From: an uncultured delta proteobacterium
Lineage (GTDB): Bacteria; Desulfobacterota; Desulfobaccia; Desulfobaccales; 0-14-0-80-60-11
Reading direction: 5' to 3'
Length of the DNA stretch: 64,000 bases
Assembly: GCA_963812015.1 (NCBI GenBank)
Contig: CAWETI010000003.1
Location: 1,056,001-1,120,000, forward strand
The notes under the pieces are model-generated. The model did no database searches. It saw only the letters and a program-made list of their open reading frames with translations, and was not told the DNA's origin. The position numbers and the translations under genes are program-made. Shown one piece after another: positions 1 to 8,942 of the stretch (within the stretch, counting starts at the first letter, position 1; each line of letters opens with the position of its first letter).

Positions 1-11
1 AAATATTCATT

Positions 12-1271
12 ATGAATAAAGATACTTTTTCAGCTAAATGGCAGGATATCGCGAATGATGGCAGCATAGATACATTTGCCCATTTAAATAATCTTTGTTC
101 TGAGAAACTGAAATTATCCAAAAACGATGCTCTCGTTATTCCTAATAATACATTTTTTACAAATAACTTATCAGATTATAATTTATTCTCTGAATGTAGT
201 AAAAATGTAATTCAGGTATTTAATGAAGGAGGAATTAAAGCGCAACTGTATTCTGATGAGAAGGAAAAAAGGGAACTAATACTTAAATCTACCGATATTG
301 TCTTGCCAATTCTTTTATTTTTAGGTTCAAATGTAGTCAATCTTGGCTTAAATATATTAGCTAATATGATTTATGATAAATGGGTAAAAAATAATGTAGC
401 AAAAATACCAAAATTAAAAGCTGAGTATTTAGAAATTGATAATAATGGTTCCATCATTAGGTGGCGCAAAATAGAAGGAGCTGCTAATGAAGTGCAAAAA
501 CTGCTAATTGAGGAGTCACAGAATTTAAAAAAAAAGACATATAAAATTGATAAGACTATTAATAATCGTAAAGATGAATCATGGTGGATTGCCCATTGCG
601 ATAAAATGGCAAAAGAGGCGATAATAGAAGCCAAAAAATTAATTAGAGAGTCTTCTGACGCTACCTCAGAAAATGAAAGAGACAATTGCGAAGAACTTTT
701 AAGAAAAAGTTTGGTAAAAATTCGTGAAGCAGTGCTTTGGAAACCTGATGTTGAATCGTATAAGATATATCTCCATCAAGTTGGACACAAAATTCATGAT
801 ATTTTCGGATGTAAACTTGATTATAGAGAAGAAATGTATTGGGTGACATGCCCTGTATTATTGTCACATTCAAAATGAGTATTTAGTGTTGGCGGTTCTG
901 GAAAAGCTATTTGTTCAATATGTGGAAACAATATCATTGATTGTGATCATGTTAAGGGGGAAATATATAATAATGTAGTTGCGAGGCATTTTGATGAAAT
1001 TTGTAATATTTGCGGAACCCATGAATGTGAACATATTGATGGAAATATTTACAATAAAGTAAACGCATTTGCCATAATATTGGAAGCTAACCTTGATCAT
1101 GTATCATTTGTTGAAAATCCTGCAAATCCGTTATGCGTTGTCCACAAGTATTCTCTCACGAAAACAGATCTTATGAAAATGCTTCCCAAAGATGAGATCG
1201 ATCAATTTATATATGGAAAATCAATAGTTACATGTCATCATTGTTTAATCTGTAATGAAATTAACGGATAA
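12..1271 (+). pseudogene. AT-rich ~419-codon gene interrupted by one in-frame TGA (876-878); Cys/His-rich C-terminal region resembling phage prohead-protease/Zn-binding domains
   Basis: ORFs 12..878 and 1080..1271 share a frame, and the frame is open from 879 to TAA at 1269-1271 (VFSVGGSGKAICSICG...CDHVKG...HVSFVENPANP...CHHCLIC). Markedly lower GC than the flanking genes. Confidence 0.65.
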
Positions 1272-1284
1272 TATCAAAAAATTT

Positions 1285-2151
1285 ATGAAACTCATCGACC
1301 TGCACGTTCATTCCACGGCCTCGGACGGCTCGTTTGCGCCGGCGGAGGTGGTGCGCCAGGCTAAAGAAGGGGGCCTCACGGCCATGGCCCTCACCGACCA
1401 TGACACCGTGGACGGCCTGTCCGAGGCCGTGGCCGAGGGGGAGAGAATCGAGCTGGAGGTCATCCCCGGGGTGGAGATCAGCGCCCAGTTCCCCGGCGGC
1501 ACCATGCACATCCTGGGCCTGTTCGTGGATTACCACAACGGCCGCCTGGACGAGCGCCTGGCGGTACTCAAGCAGGCCCGGATCGACCGCAACCCCCAGA
1601 TCATCGCCAAACTCAACACGCTGGGGATCCCCGTCACCATGGCCCGGGTGGAGGAAATCTCCGGGGGCGGCCAGGTGGGCCGGCCCCACATCGCCCGGGC
1701 CCTCCAGGAAGCGGGGTTTGTCACCAGCATCCAGCAGGCCTTTGATATTTACCTGCGCAAAGGCGGTAAGGCCTACGTGGGCAAGTTCCGGTTTCCCCCG
1801 GGCCAGGCCCTGGCCATGATCCGGGAGGCGAAAGGCATCCCGGTCCTGGCCCATCCCTTCACCCTGGGCCTGGGCTCGGCCTATGCCCTGAAGAACCTGG
1901 TCATCGAACTGAAAGGCCTGGGGCTGGCGGGACTGGAGGTCTTTTATTCGGAGCACACCCGGGAGCAGGAAGCCCTGTACCTGAAGCTGGCCCAGGAATT
2001 GGGTCTGTTGATCACCGGCGGCTCCGACTACCACGGCCTCAACAAGCCGGAGATCACCCTGGGGAACATGCCCTGCCAGGAGAAGCTCACCTACAACCTG
2101 GTGGAAGCCCTGAAGGCCTGGCACCGGCAAGCGTATCCTTTGCCCCGGTAG
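1285..2151 (+). CDS. PHP-domain metal-dependent phosphoesterase (YciV/TrpH-like)
   Basis: DLHVHSTASDG, TDHDT, AHP and GGSDYHG motifs; ATG 1285 coincides with the switch to GC-rich sequence. Confidence 0.9.
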   Translation: MKLIDLHVHSTASDGSFAPAEVVRQAKEGGLTAMALTDHDTVDGLSEAVAEGERIELEVIPGVEISAQFPGGTMHILGLFVDYHNGRLDERLAVLKQARIDRNPQIIAKLNTLGIPVTMARVEEISGGGQVGRPHIARALQEAGFVTSIQQAFDIYLRKGGKAYVGKFRFPPGQALAMIREAKGIPVLAHPFTLGLGSAYALKNLVIELKGLGLAGLEVFYSEHTREQEALYLKLAQELGLLITGGSDYHGLNKPEITLGNMPCQEKLTYNLVEALKAWHRQAYPLPR

Positions 2152-2180
2152 CGGCCTCCGGCCGTCCACCGACAATACTC

Positions 2181-2209
2181 TTGACAAATCGCCCCATCCG
2201 GAGTAAAAA
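2181..2209 (+). promoter_or_regulatory. sigma70-type promoter of the Ni/Co transporter leader
   Basis: TTGACA-N17-TAAAAA. Confidence 0.55.
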
Positions 2210-2261
2210 AGGGATAATCCGGGGATGAACCCCGGGAAGTCAAGAAGATCGACACGTCCAG

Positions 2262-2314
2262 AAAGCCACGAAGGCACAGGTGCTTGAAAGCGCCGGGTAG
2301 TCGTGGTTTTTTTT
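2262..2314 (+). promoter_or_regulatory. Leader terminator/attenuator-like RNA motif, copy 1
   Basis: AAAGCCACGA/TCGTGGTTTT stem, inner GGTGCT-TGAA-AGCGCC hairpin and U-tract, lying between promoter and cbiM; a similar copy is at 5584-5643. Confidence 0.65.
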
Positions 2315-2419
2315 GTTCCTGCACCAGGGGTTGCCCAGCCACCGGGCTGGGGAGCGGCCGGGCCGGCCGCCTGAAGCCGGGGGCGCAACCCTCATATACC
2401 GATTTAGGGAGATTTGCTT

Positions 2420-3454
2420 ATGCACATGGCGGATGCCTTGATATCCCCCGCAGTGGGCGGCACTATGTGGGCCGCCACCGCCGGGCTCACCTTATACAGC
2501 GCCAGGAAGCTCAAGCAGGACATGGACGACCGCAAGCTCCCCCTCATGGGGGTCCTGGGGGCCTTTGTCTTCGCGGCCCAAATGATCAACTTCACCATTC
2601 CCGCCACCGGTTCCAGCGGCCATCTGGTGGGCGCCATTATTCTGAGCATCTTGTTGGGACCTTATGCCGCCTTTATTACCCTGGCCTCCGTCATCACGGT
2701 GCAATGCCTGTTTTTTGCCGATGGCGGCTTATTGGCCCTGGGGTGCAATATCTTTAACATGGGATTTTTTGCCTGTTTCATCGCTTATCCGTTCATTTAT
2801 AAAAAGATCGCGGGAGACCGACCGGCCCCGGGCCGCATCCTGCTGGGCGCCATGGCCGCGGCCCTCGTCAGCGTGGAGCTGGGCGCCTTCTCGGTGGTTA
2901 TCGAGACCTTGCTGTCCGGCATCTCGGAATTACCCTTTTTCACCTTTGTGCTCTTGATGCTGCCGATCCACCTGGCCATCGGCGTGGTGGAAGGCCTCAT
3001 CACCGCGGCGGTGGTGACCTTCGTCTGGAAGGCCCGCCCGGAGTTGGTGGAGGCGGCGCCAGCCGCGGCGCCGGGCGCGCCGCGCTCCTTTAAACCGGTC
3101 ATCCTGGGGTTGGTGGCCCTGGCCATTTTCACCGGCGGCCTCCTCTCCTGGTTCGCCTCCACCCACCCGGACGGCCTGGAGTGGTCCGTCAAGGGCGTAA
3201 CCGGCAAGGAGGAGGTTCAGGCGCCCAAGACCGGGGCCCACGGGGCGCTGGCTGCGCTCCAGGAGAAGCTCGCCTTCCTGCCGGACTATGACTTCAGGAA
3301 GCCGGCAGGCGAAAAAGAGGCCAAGAAAGAAGAGAGCTGGCCCGAGGTCAATCCCGGCAAATCCCTGGCAGGGGTGCTGGGGGCCGGCATTACCCTGCTC
3401 CTGGCCGGGGCCATCGGCTTTGGCCTGAAAAGGTATGCTTCGCGCCACGGCTGA
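2420..3454 (+). CDS. cbiM: Ni/Co ECF transporter S component, fused Nik(MN)/CbiM with PDGLE domain
   Basis: N-terminal MHMAD metal-binding start, GSSGHLVG, HPDGLEWS, multiple TM helices. Confidence 0.9.
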   Translation: MHMADALISPAVGGTMWAATAGLTLYSARKLKQDMDDRKLPLMGVLGAFVFAAQMINFTIPATGSSGHLVGAIILSILLGPYAAFITLASVITVQCLFFADGGLLALGCNIFNMGFFACFIAYPFIYKKIAGDRPAPGRILLGAMAAALVSVELGAFSVVIETLLSGISELPFFTFVLLMLPIHLAIGVVEGLITAAVVTFVWKARPELVEAAPAAAPGAPRSFKPVILGLVALAIFTGGLLSWFASTHPDGLEWSVKGVTGKEEVQAPKTGAHGALAALQEKLAFLPDYDFRKPAGEKEAKKEESWPEVNPGKSLAGVLGAGITLLLAGAIGFGLKRYASRHG

Positions 3455-3533
3455 TCCCGGGTTTTCCCGGGCAGGCACATCCGGGGCGGGGTGCGCAGTT
3501 CGGCCCCGCCCCCGGTCTTGCTAAGGCGGCAGC

Positions 3534-4346
3534 ATGGGCACCATCGAAAATTCTCTCTATAATATCGGCTATCTGGAGACGCTGTCCTACCAGGCGACCG
3601 TCATTCACCGGCTGGACCCCCGGGTGAAACTTTTGACCGCCATGGTCTTTATTGTCGCGGTGGTCTCCTTCCCCAAGTACGCCGTCGCGAGCCTGATTCC
3701 CTTTTTTCTCTATCCGGTGGCGCTCATCGCCTTGGGCAATGTGCCCCTTAAGTACCTGGGGAAGAAAATCTTGATCGCCGCGCCCTTTGCCTTTTGCATC
3801 GGCATCTTCAATCCCCTGCTGGACCGGCAGGTCATGGTGCACCTCGGGCCCCTGGCCATTTCCGGCGGTTGGGTCTCCTTTGCCTCCATCATGCTCCGGT
3901 TCATCCTGACGGTGAGCGCCGCCCTGATTCTGGTGGCCGTCACCGGCTTTCACAAGGTCTGTTTTGCCATGGAGAGGCTGGGGATGCCCAGGGCCTTCGC
4001 GCTCCAACTCTTGTTCCTCTACCGCTATCTGTTCGTGCTGGGGGACGAAGCCGCCCGGATGGTGCGGGCCCGGGCCTTGCGGACCTTTGAGGGCCGCGGC
4101 TTGGGCTTTGGGGCCTACAGTTCTATGCTGGGCCACCTGCTGTTGCGCACCCTGGACCGGGCCCAACGCCTGCATCAGGCCATGCTTTCCCGGGGGTTTG
4201 ACGGCGAAATCCGCCTGCTCCGGCCCTTACACCTGAACCGCCGGGATGTCGGGTTTTTCCTGGGTTGGTCCGGTCTGTTCGTGCTGCTCAGGCTGTATAA
4301 CATCTCCCAATGGTGGGGGACCTGGGTAATGGGGCTGGTAAAATGA
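3534..4346 (+). CDS. cbiQ: Ni/Co ECF transporter T component CbiQ/NikQ
   Basis: IHRLDPRVKL, YRYLFVL, AMLSRGF motifs; operon position. Confidence 0.9.
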   Translation: MGTIENSLYNIGYLETLSYQATVIHRLDPRVKLLTAMVFIVAVVSFPKYAVASLIPFFLYPVALIALGNVPLKYLGKKILIAAPFAFCIGIFNPLLDRQVMVHLGPLAISGGWVSFASIMLRFILTVSAALILVAVTGFHKVCFAMERLGMPRAFALQLLFLYRYLFVLGDEAARMVRARALRTFEGRGLGFGAYSSMLGHLLLRTLDRAQRLHQAMLSRGFDGEIRLLRPLHLNRRDVGFFLGWSGLFVLLRLYNISQWWGTWVMGLVK

Positions 4347-5095
4347 GTCACCATATCATTGAGTTGGAAGATCTGTGCTATGCTTACCCGGATGGCAACC
4401 AGGTTTTAAAGGGGATCTCATTCCGGATCACCCATGGGGAGAAGGTGGCCCTGGTGGGGGCCAACGGCGCGGGCAAGTCCACCCTGCTCCTCCAGTTCAA
4501 CGGCTGCCTGCTGCCGGAGTCCGGGCGGGTGCGCATCGGCGATTTGCCCGTGACCAAAAAGACCCTGACGCACGTGCGGCGCACCGTGGGCCTGGTCTTT
4601 CAGGACCCCGACGACCAGCTGTTTATGCCCCTGGTGTTTGACGACGTGGCCTTCGGCCCCTTAAACCTGGGCCTGAGCCCGGAGGAGGTGGAAAGGCAGG
4701 TGACGAAGGCCCTGTCCGCGGTGGGCGCCGTCCATCTGAAGGACCGCCCGCCTTACCACTTGTCCGGCGGGGAAAAACGGGCGGTGGCCATCGCCGCGGT
4801 GCTATCCCTGACCCCGGCCATCCTGGTGATGGATGAGCCGAGCTCCAATCTCGACCCCAAGACCCGCCGCCAACTCATCGAGCTTTTAAAGACCTTCGAG
4901 CACACCCTGATCATCGCCACCCACGACCTGGACCTGGTCCTGGACCTCTGCCCCCGCACCCTGGTGCTCAAGGAAGGCCGTATCGCCGCGGACGGCCCCA
5001 CCCGAGAGATCATGCAGGACGAAGACCTGCTGGAGTCCTGCAACCTGGAGAAGCCCCTGAGGATGCAGGGCTGCCCCCTGTGCCACCCGGCTTGA
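4343..5095 (+). CDS. cbiO: Ni/Co ECF transporter ATPase CbiO/NikO
   Basis: GANGAGKST, FQDPDDQLF, LSGGEK, MDEP; ATGA overlap with cbiQ. Confidence 0.9.
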   Translation: MSHHIIELEDLCYAYPDGNQVLKGISFRITHGEKVALVGANGAGKSTLLLQFNGCLLPESGRVRIGDLPVTKKTLTHVRRTVGLVFQDPDDQLFMPLVFDDVAFGPLNLGLSPEEVERQVTKALSAVGAVHLKDRPPYHLSGGEKRAVAIAAVLSLTPAILVMDEPSSNLDPKTRRQLIELLKTFEHTLIIATHDLDLVLDLCPRTLVLKEGRIAADGPTREIMQDEDLLESCNLEKPLRMQGCPLCHPA

Positions 5096-5157
5096 TTCGG
5101 GCCAGTTGCTGGTGGTGTGTTTCAAATTAAAGTAACAAGGTAAAAAACGGTCTTTTA

Positions 5158-5240
5158 CCCCCCCTTCCTGAAGGGGGGCCAGGGGCGGGTTATAAGCGTT
5201 TGAAATCCCCCTAAATCCCCCTTTTTCAAAGGGGGATTTA
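5158..5240. repeat. Palindromic CCCCCTT..AAGGGGG repeat (family B)
   Basis: AAATCCCCCTAAATCCCCCTTTTTCAAAGGGGGATTT; related to 12015-12106. Confidence 0.7.
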
Positions 5241-5329
5241 CCTGCCAAGTCCGGTGCTCCGACCCCGATTTTATGTCCTGTTAATGGTGAAACGCTCCAA
5301 TAGTTCCGCTGGTTTAGGCTGGGTTCGTA

Positions 5330-5358
5330 TTGACGACAAACGGACTAATGCTTATTTT
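5330..5358 (+). promoter_or_regulatory. Putative sigma70 promoter of the His-rich peptide
   Basis: TTGACG-N17-TATTTT. Confidence 0.4.
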
Positions 5359-5394
5359 TATTTAATAGATAAGGAAAAGGGAGGTGAATCTTAG

Positions 5395-5556
5395 ATGTGT
5401 TGCCACGACAAAGACAAGCATGAGCACGAGCATAGCCACGAAGGTTGTAGCCACAGCCATGACGGGCACGAGCATAAGCACGAGGCCGGGGTCCATAGTC
5501 ATGAGCATACCCACGCTGATGGGCACCATCAGCACGATCACAAGTGCTGCCATTAA
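5395..5556 (+). CDS. 53-aa His/Cys-rich metal-binding peptide (Hpn-like composition)
   Basis: GGAGGTG SD; MCCHDKDKHEHEHSHEGCSHSHDGHEHKHEAGVHSHEHTHADGHHQHDHKCCH (19 His, 5 Cys); downstream of the Ni/Co transporter. Confidence 0.85.
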   Translation: MCCHDKDKHEHEHSHEGCSHSHDGHEHKHEAGVHSHEHTHADGHHQHDHKCCH

Positions 5557-5583
5557 CGGAAAGCCACGGGTCCGCTAACCATC

Positions 5584-5643
5584 AAGCCACGAAGGCCGTA
5601 TCCGGTGTGAACGCCGGAGAGAGCGTTCGTGGCTTTCTTTTTT
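5584..5643 (+). terminator. Terminator-like RNA motif, copy 2
   Basis: AAGCCACGAA/TTCGTGGCTT stem, inner TCCGGTG-TGAA-CGCCGGA hairpin, then TCTTTTTT. Confidence 0.65.
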
Positions 5644-5724
5644 GCCGTTCCGTATCGTTTTCTCGAAGGGGGTGGCGCCAGGCCGGCGTGAGGCCGGGGC
5701 CGCCCTCCGCCGTGTGGTCCGCCC

Positions 5725-6133
5725 TCAGCCCCCCAGGGGATGGGGCACGGTTTCGGGATCGGTGGGGCCGGGGCCGGCAACTTCTCGCCAGGCCATGAGG
5801 TGGAGGATCCCCGGCCCGGGGTTGGTGATGGCGTGGGCGCAGCCCGGCGGGATGCGGATCAGGGTGCGGTCCCCGGAGATGATGCGCTCCCGGACCTGGC
5901 CGGAGGCGGTTTCCCAGGTGAAGACGCCGACGCCGTGGAAGGGGTAGAGCCACTCTTCATGACCGGGGTGGAGGTGGTGTCCCCGGGTCTGGCCCGGAAT
6001 GGGTGGAGATCAGATGGAAGGTGGACAGCACCCCCCCGGGGACCTTCCGCCGAGCCTGCCAGGGGAAAAAGCTCATGCCCCGGGCGTCGGCCTTGATTTC
6101 GCCGCTCAGATCGATGAAATGAACTTCTGCCAT
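5725..6133 (-). pseudogene. Cupin-fold protein (FdtA/WbjC C-terminal-like) with a 1-bp frameshift near 5998
   Basis: MAEVHFIDLSGEIKADARG...FHLISTH continues in another frame as PGQTRGHHLHPGHEEWLY...IPPGCAHAITN...; span is 409 nt (3n+1). Confidence 0.75.
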
Positions 6134-6263
6134 CCGGTCTCCCCCCTCAAGCCACTCCGGCTGAAACTCCTTAATCTTGCATTTTTGCCGTGATTTGGTA
6201 GAGTGATGCCGCCGGTCCATGCTGAAGAAAAATTCCGGGCCGGCCAGCCGCGAACAGACAGCT

Positions 6264-6566
6264 ATGGCCACGATCAACGATTTAGTGCTGGTCCACCTGG
6301 ACCGCAAACCCGCGTTTTACGCCCGCATCAACGATGTTAGCCCGGACGTCAAGCGGGGGTGGTATCAGGTGGAATTTCTGGTGCTCTCCCTGCCCTCTCA
6401 GACCCTGGTATGGATCCTGGAAGAGTCGCACCTCCAGGGAGAAGAGTTCAGCATGGGGGGGCGGCCGGTGCAACTAACGCTTATTCCCCCCAAAGCCCCA
6501 CCCCAACCGGGCTCGCCCCCTCCGGCAGGCAAGGCCAAGGTGATCCCCCTGGTTCGGAAGACCTGA
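6264..6566 (+). CDS. Hypothetical protein
   Basis: Protein-like ORF (FYARINDVSPDVKRGWYQVEFLVL) with GC-rich codon usage. Confidence 0.7.
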   Translation: MATINDLVLVHLDRKPAFYARINDVSPDVKRGWYQVEFLVLSLPSQTLVWILEESHLQGEEFSMGGRPVQLTLIPPKAPPQPGSPPPAGKAKVIPLVRKT

Positions 6567-6575
6567 GCCCGGGGT

Positions 6576-7478
6576 TCACCGGCCGGACTCCCGCGGCTGG
6601 TACATCCAATATTTCTGCCACCAGGGCATTTTGCGCCAGATGAACAGCAATTTCAGGTAATAGAGGTGCCGGTGGCGGGCAATGGCCCCCATGACCTGCC
6701 GGGCCACCCGGGGGTCCACCCCCGGCTGGGTGGGGGGGCCGGGTCGGGCCAGCACCTGGAAGGCATCCCGGCGCCACACCTGAAGCTGGTGCTGTTGCCA
6801 ACCGGCCTTCAAGAGCAGCCAGTCAAGGGTTTGGGGGGCGAAGTAAAAGTTGTGGGCCGGGGAAAACATCCGCCGGAAGCTGACCTTTGGGGCCAGGATG
6901 TTGGGGGTTTCCAGGAAGAGCCAGGTTTCCGGGTGGGCATAGGTCCGGGCCTGGCGCAAGAAGGCCAGGGGGTCGGGAAAATGCTCGATCACGTGGGAGG
7001 CCAGGATCAGGTCGAAGGGTCCAGCTTCGAAGGCCGCGGCCTCGAACCGGCCCGGAAAAACCGTCAGGCCGAAGTGATCCCGGGCATGGGCGGCCTGATC
7101 CGGGTCGGGCTCCACCGCCCGCACTTGGGCCCCCAGGCTTTTCAGCCTGCCGCCCACCAGGCCCAGGCCGCAGCCGACCTCCAGGATACGCCAGCCGGGT
7201 TGGAAGAGAGGCTGGAGCATGGGCCATTGCAGGTTCCAGCGTTTCTCCAGCTTGCGGAGTTGGCGGGGCAACCCCGCATCACCCGTGTGCCAGGTTCGAG
7301 GACTCACATCCAGCTCGAGGCGATCCTGATCCTCGATCACGGGGTTGTGATAGACGAGGCCACAATCCCGGCACCCCACCGTGGTGACGGTGAGGCCCCG
7401 TTCCCGACGCCGGACCACCAAGGCGGTGTGGTCATGCTCACAGAGAGGGCAAAGGATAGTACGCATAGGGTCATCCAC
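6576..7478 (-). CDS. Class I SAM-dependent methyltransferase with N-terminal Zn-binding motifs
   Basis: CPLC...CRDCG, ILEVGCGLG, SHVIEH. Confidence 0.85.
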   Translation of the reverse strand: MDDPMRTILCPLCEHDHTALVVRRRERGLTVTTVGCRDCGLVYHNPVIEDQDRLELDVSPRTWHTGDAGLPRQLRKLEKRWNLQWPMLQPLFQPGWRILEVGCGLGLVGGRLKSLGAQVRAVEPDPDQAAHARDHFGLTVFPGRFEAAAFEAGPFDLILASHVIEHFPDPLAFLRQARTYAHPETWLFLETPNILAPKVSFRRMFSPAHNFYFAPQTLDWLLLKAGWQQHQLQVWRRDAFQVLARPGPPTQPGVDPRVARQVMGAIARHRHLYYLKLLFIWRKMPWWQKYWMYQPRESGR

Positions 7479-7627
7479 AGAGATGTCACCATATATGCCG
7501 ATAACGGCCCTGAAGTCAACCTTGCACCGGCTGGGCCGGAATCTTATAGGTTGTAGTTAACTGACGATTTTCATAAACTAACTACAGAGATGGCTTGCTG
7601 CCCTGGTTTTTGCGGCCGGAGTTTTTC

Positions 7628-8941
7628 ATGAGAGTTTTACTGGTTCAACCCACTACCAAATATTCTCATCTAAAACCCCTGCGCAGTAAAACCCGATGGC
7701 TGGTGGGAATCACCCTGCCGTATCTGGCGAGTCTTACTCCCAAAGGCATCCGGGTGGACCTGGTGGATGACCGCCTGGCGCCGATCCCCTACCACCGGGA
7801 ATATGACTTGGTGGGAATCACCGCCACCTGCGCCACGGCGGAACGGGCTTACGAAATTGCCGCGGAGTTCAGGCAGCGAGGCCGGCAGGTAGTGATGGGC
7901 GGGTTTCACGTGTCTCTCCATCCGGAAGAGGCCCTGCCGCATTGCGACGCGGTGGTGGTGGGTGAAGCGGAGACGGTGTGGACGGAAGTGTTGGCGGATG
8001 CCCGGGTCAAACGCCTGAAGCCCCGTTATCAGACGCCGGGGTTTCACGATCTGGCGGGGCTCCCCCGGCCGCGCCTGGAGCTGGTAGATTACCGGAGCTA
8101 CCGGGTCAAGATCATCCCTACCCAGACCTCCCGGGGCTGCCCCTATCACTGCGCCTTCTGTGAAGTCCCCATTGTATACGGCCATACCTACCGCCGCCGG
8201 CCCCTGGGCGAAGTGATGGAAGAGATCAAGGCCAACGTGCGGATTACCGGCTTGAAGAAGATATATTTTATTGACGACAACCTCACCGGCCACCGGGAGT
8301 ACGCCAAGGACCTGTTCAAGGCCCTGCAGCCCTTGAACCTGAAGTGGAGTTGCCTCTGGACCATCAACACCGCCCGGGACGAAGAGCTGCTGGACCTGGC
8401 CAAGGAGTCCGGCTGCAACCACGTCAATATCGGCATCGAGAACGTCTGCCCGGAGAGCATCTCCTCCATCGAGAAGGTGCAGAATCCCGTGGCCGAATAT
8501 GAGTGGCTCCTGGGCCGACTGCGGCAACGGGGTATCTTCTACTCCCTGAACTTCATGTTCGGCCTGGATGGGGACCACCGGGAGCTGTTCGACGAAACCC
8601 TGGCCTTTTTGGACAAGATCAAGGCGCCCATGGCCTTCTTCAACGTGGCCACGCCGCGGCGGGGCACTCCCATGTGGGGCCGGCTCAAGACTGAAGGCCG
8701 GGTTCACAACCCGGACGCGGAGAGGTATCTGGGGATGGTATGCAACTTCTTTCCCCGGCACATGACGCCCGATGAGTGCGAGGCTGGAGTCTGGCGCTGC
8801 TTTCAAAAATTTTATTCGTTTGCCTCCATCTTCCGCCGTCTGTGTATGCCACCGACCCGCTATATCTTTCAGGGATTGCCCAGCAACCTTTTTTTCCGTT
8901 GGTCGGCGATGCGCAAGATTGATCCGGTGGATTTTTATTAA
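7628..8941 (+). CDS. B12-binding-domain radical SAM protein
   Basis: GGFHVS/VVGEAE N-terminal domain; SRGCPYHCAFC; FIDDN; GIE. Confidence 0.9.
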   Translation: MRVLLVQPTTKYSHLKPLRSKTRWLVGITLPYLASLTPKGIRVDLVDDRLAPIPYHREYDLVGITATCATAERAYEIAAEFRQRGRQVVMGGFHVSLHPEEALPHCDAVVVGEAETVWTEVLADARVKRLKPRYQTPGFHDLAGLPRPRLELVDYRSYRVKIIPTQTSRGCPYHCAFCEVPIVYGHTYRRRPLGEVMEEIKANVRITGLKKIYFIDDNLTGHREYAKDLFKALQPLNLKWSCLWTINTARDEELLDLAKESGCNHVNIGIENVCPESISSIEKVQNPVAEYEWLLGRLRQRGIFYSLNFMFGLDGDHRELFDETLAFLDKIKAPMAFFNVATPRRGTPMWGRLKTEGRVHNPDAERYLGMVCNFFPRHMTPDECEAGVWRCFQKFYSFASIFRRLCMPPTRYIFQGLPSNLFFRWSAMRKIDPVDFY

Positions 8942-8942
8942 G

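Noticed and set aside
879..930. SECIS element after the in-frame TGA
   Set aside because: Only a weak 4-bp G-U-rich stem is visible, which is not enough to call selenocysteine.
2152..2419. Cobalamin riboswitch upstream of cbiM
   Set aside because: No B12-box or GGGAA...GCCCCCGCAACTGT core is visible.
5327..5351. NikR operator (GTATTG-N13-TAATGC)
   Set aside because: Imperfect symmetry, and no matching site at the cbiM promoter.
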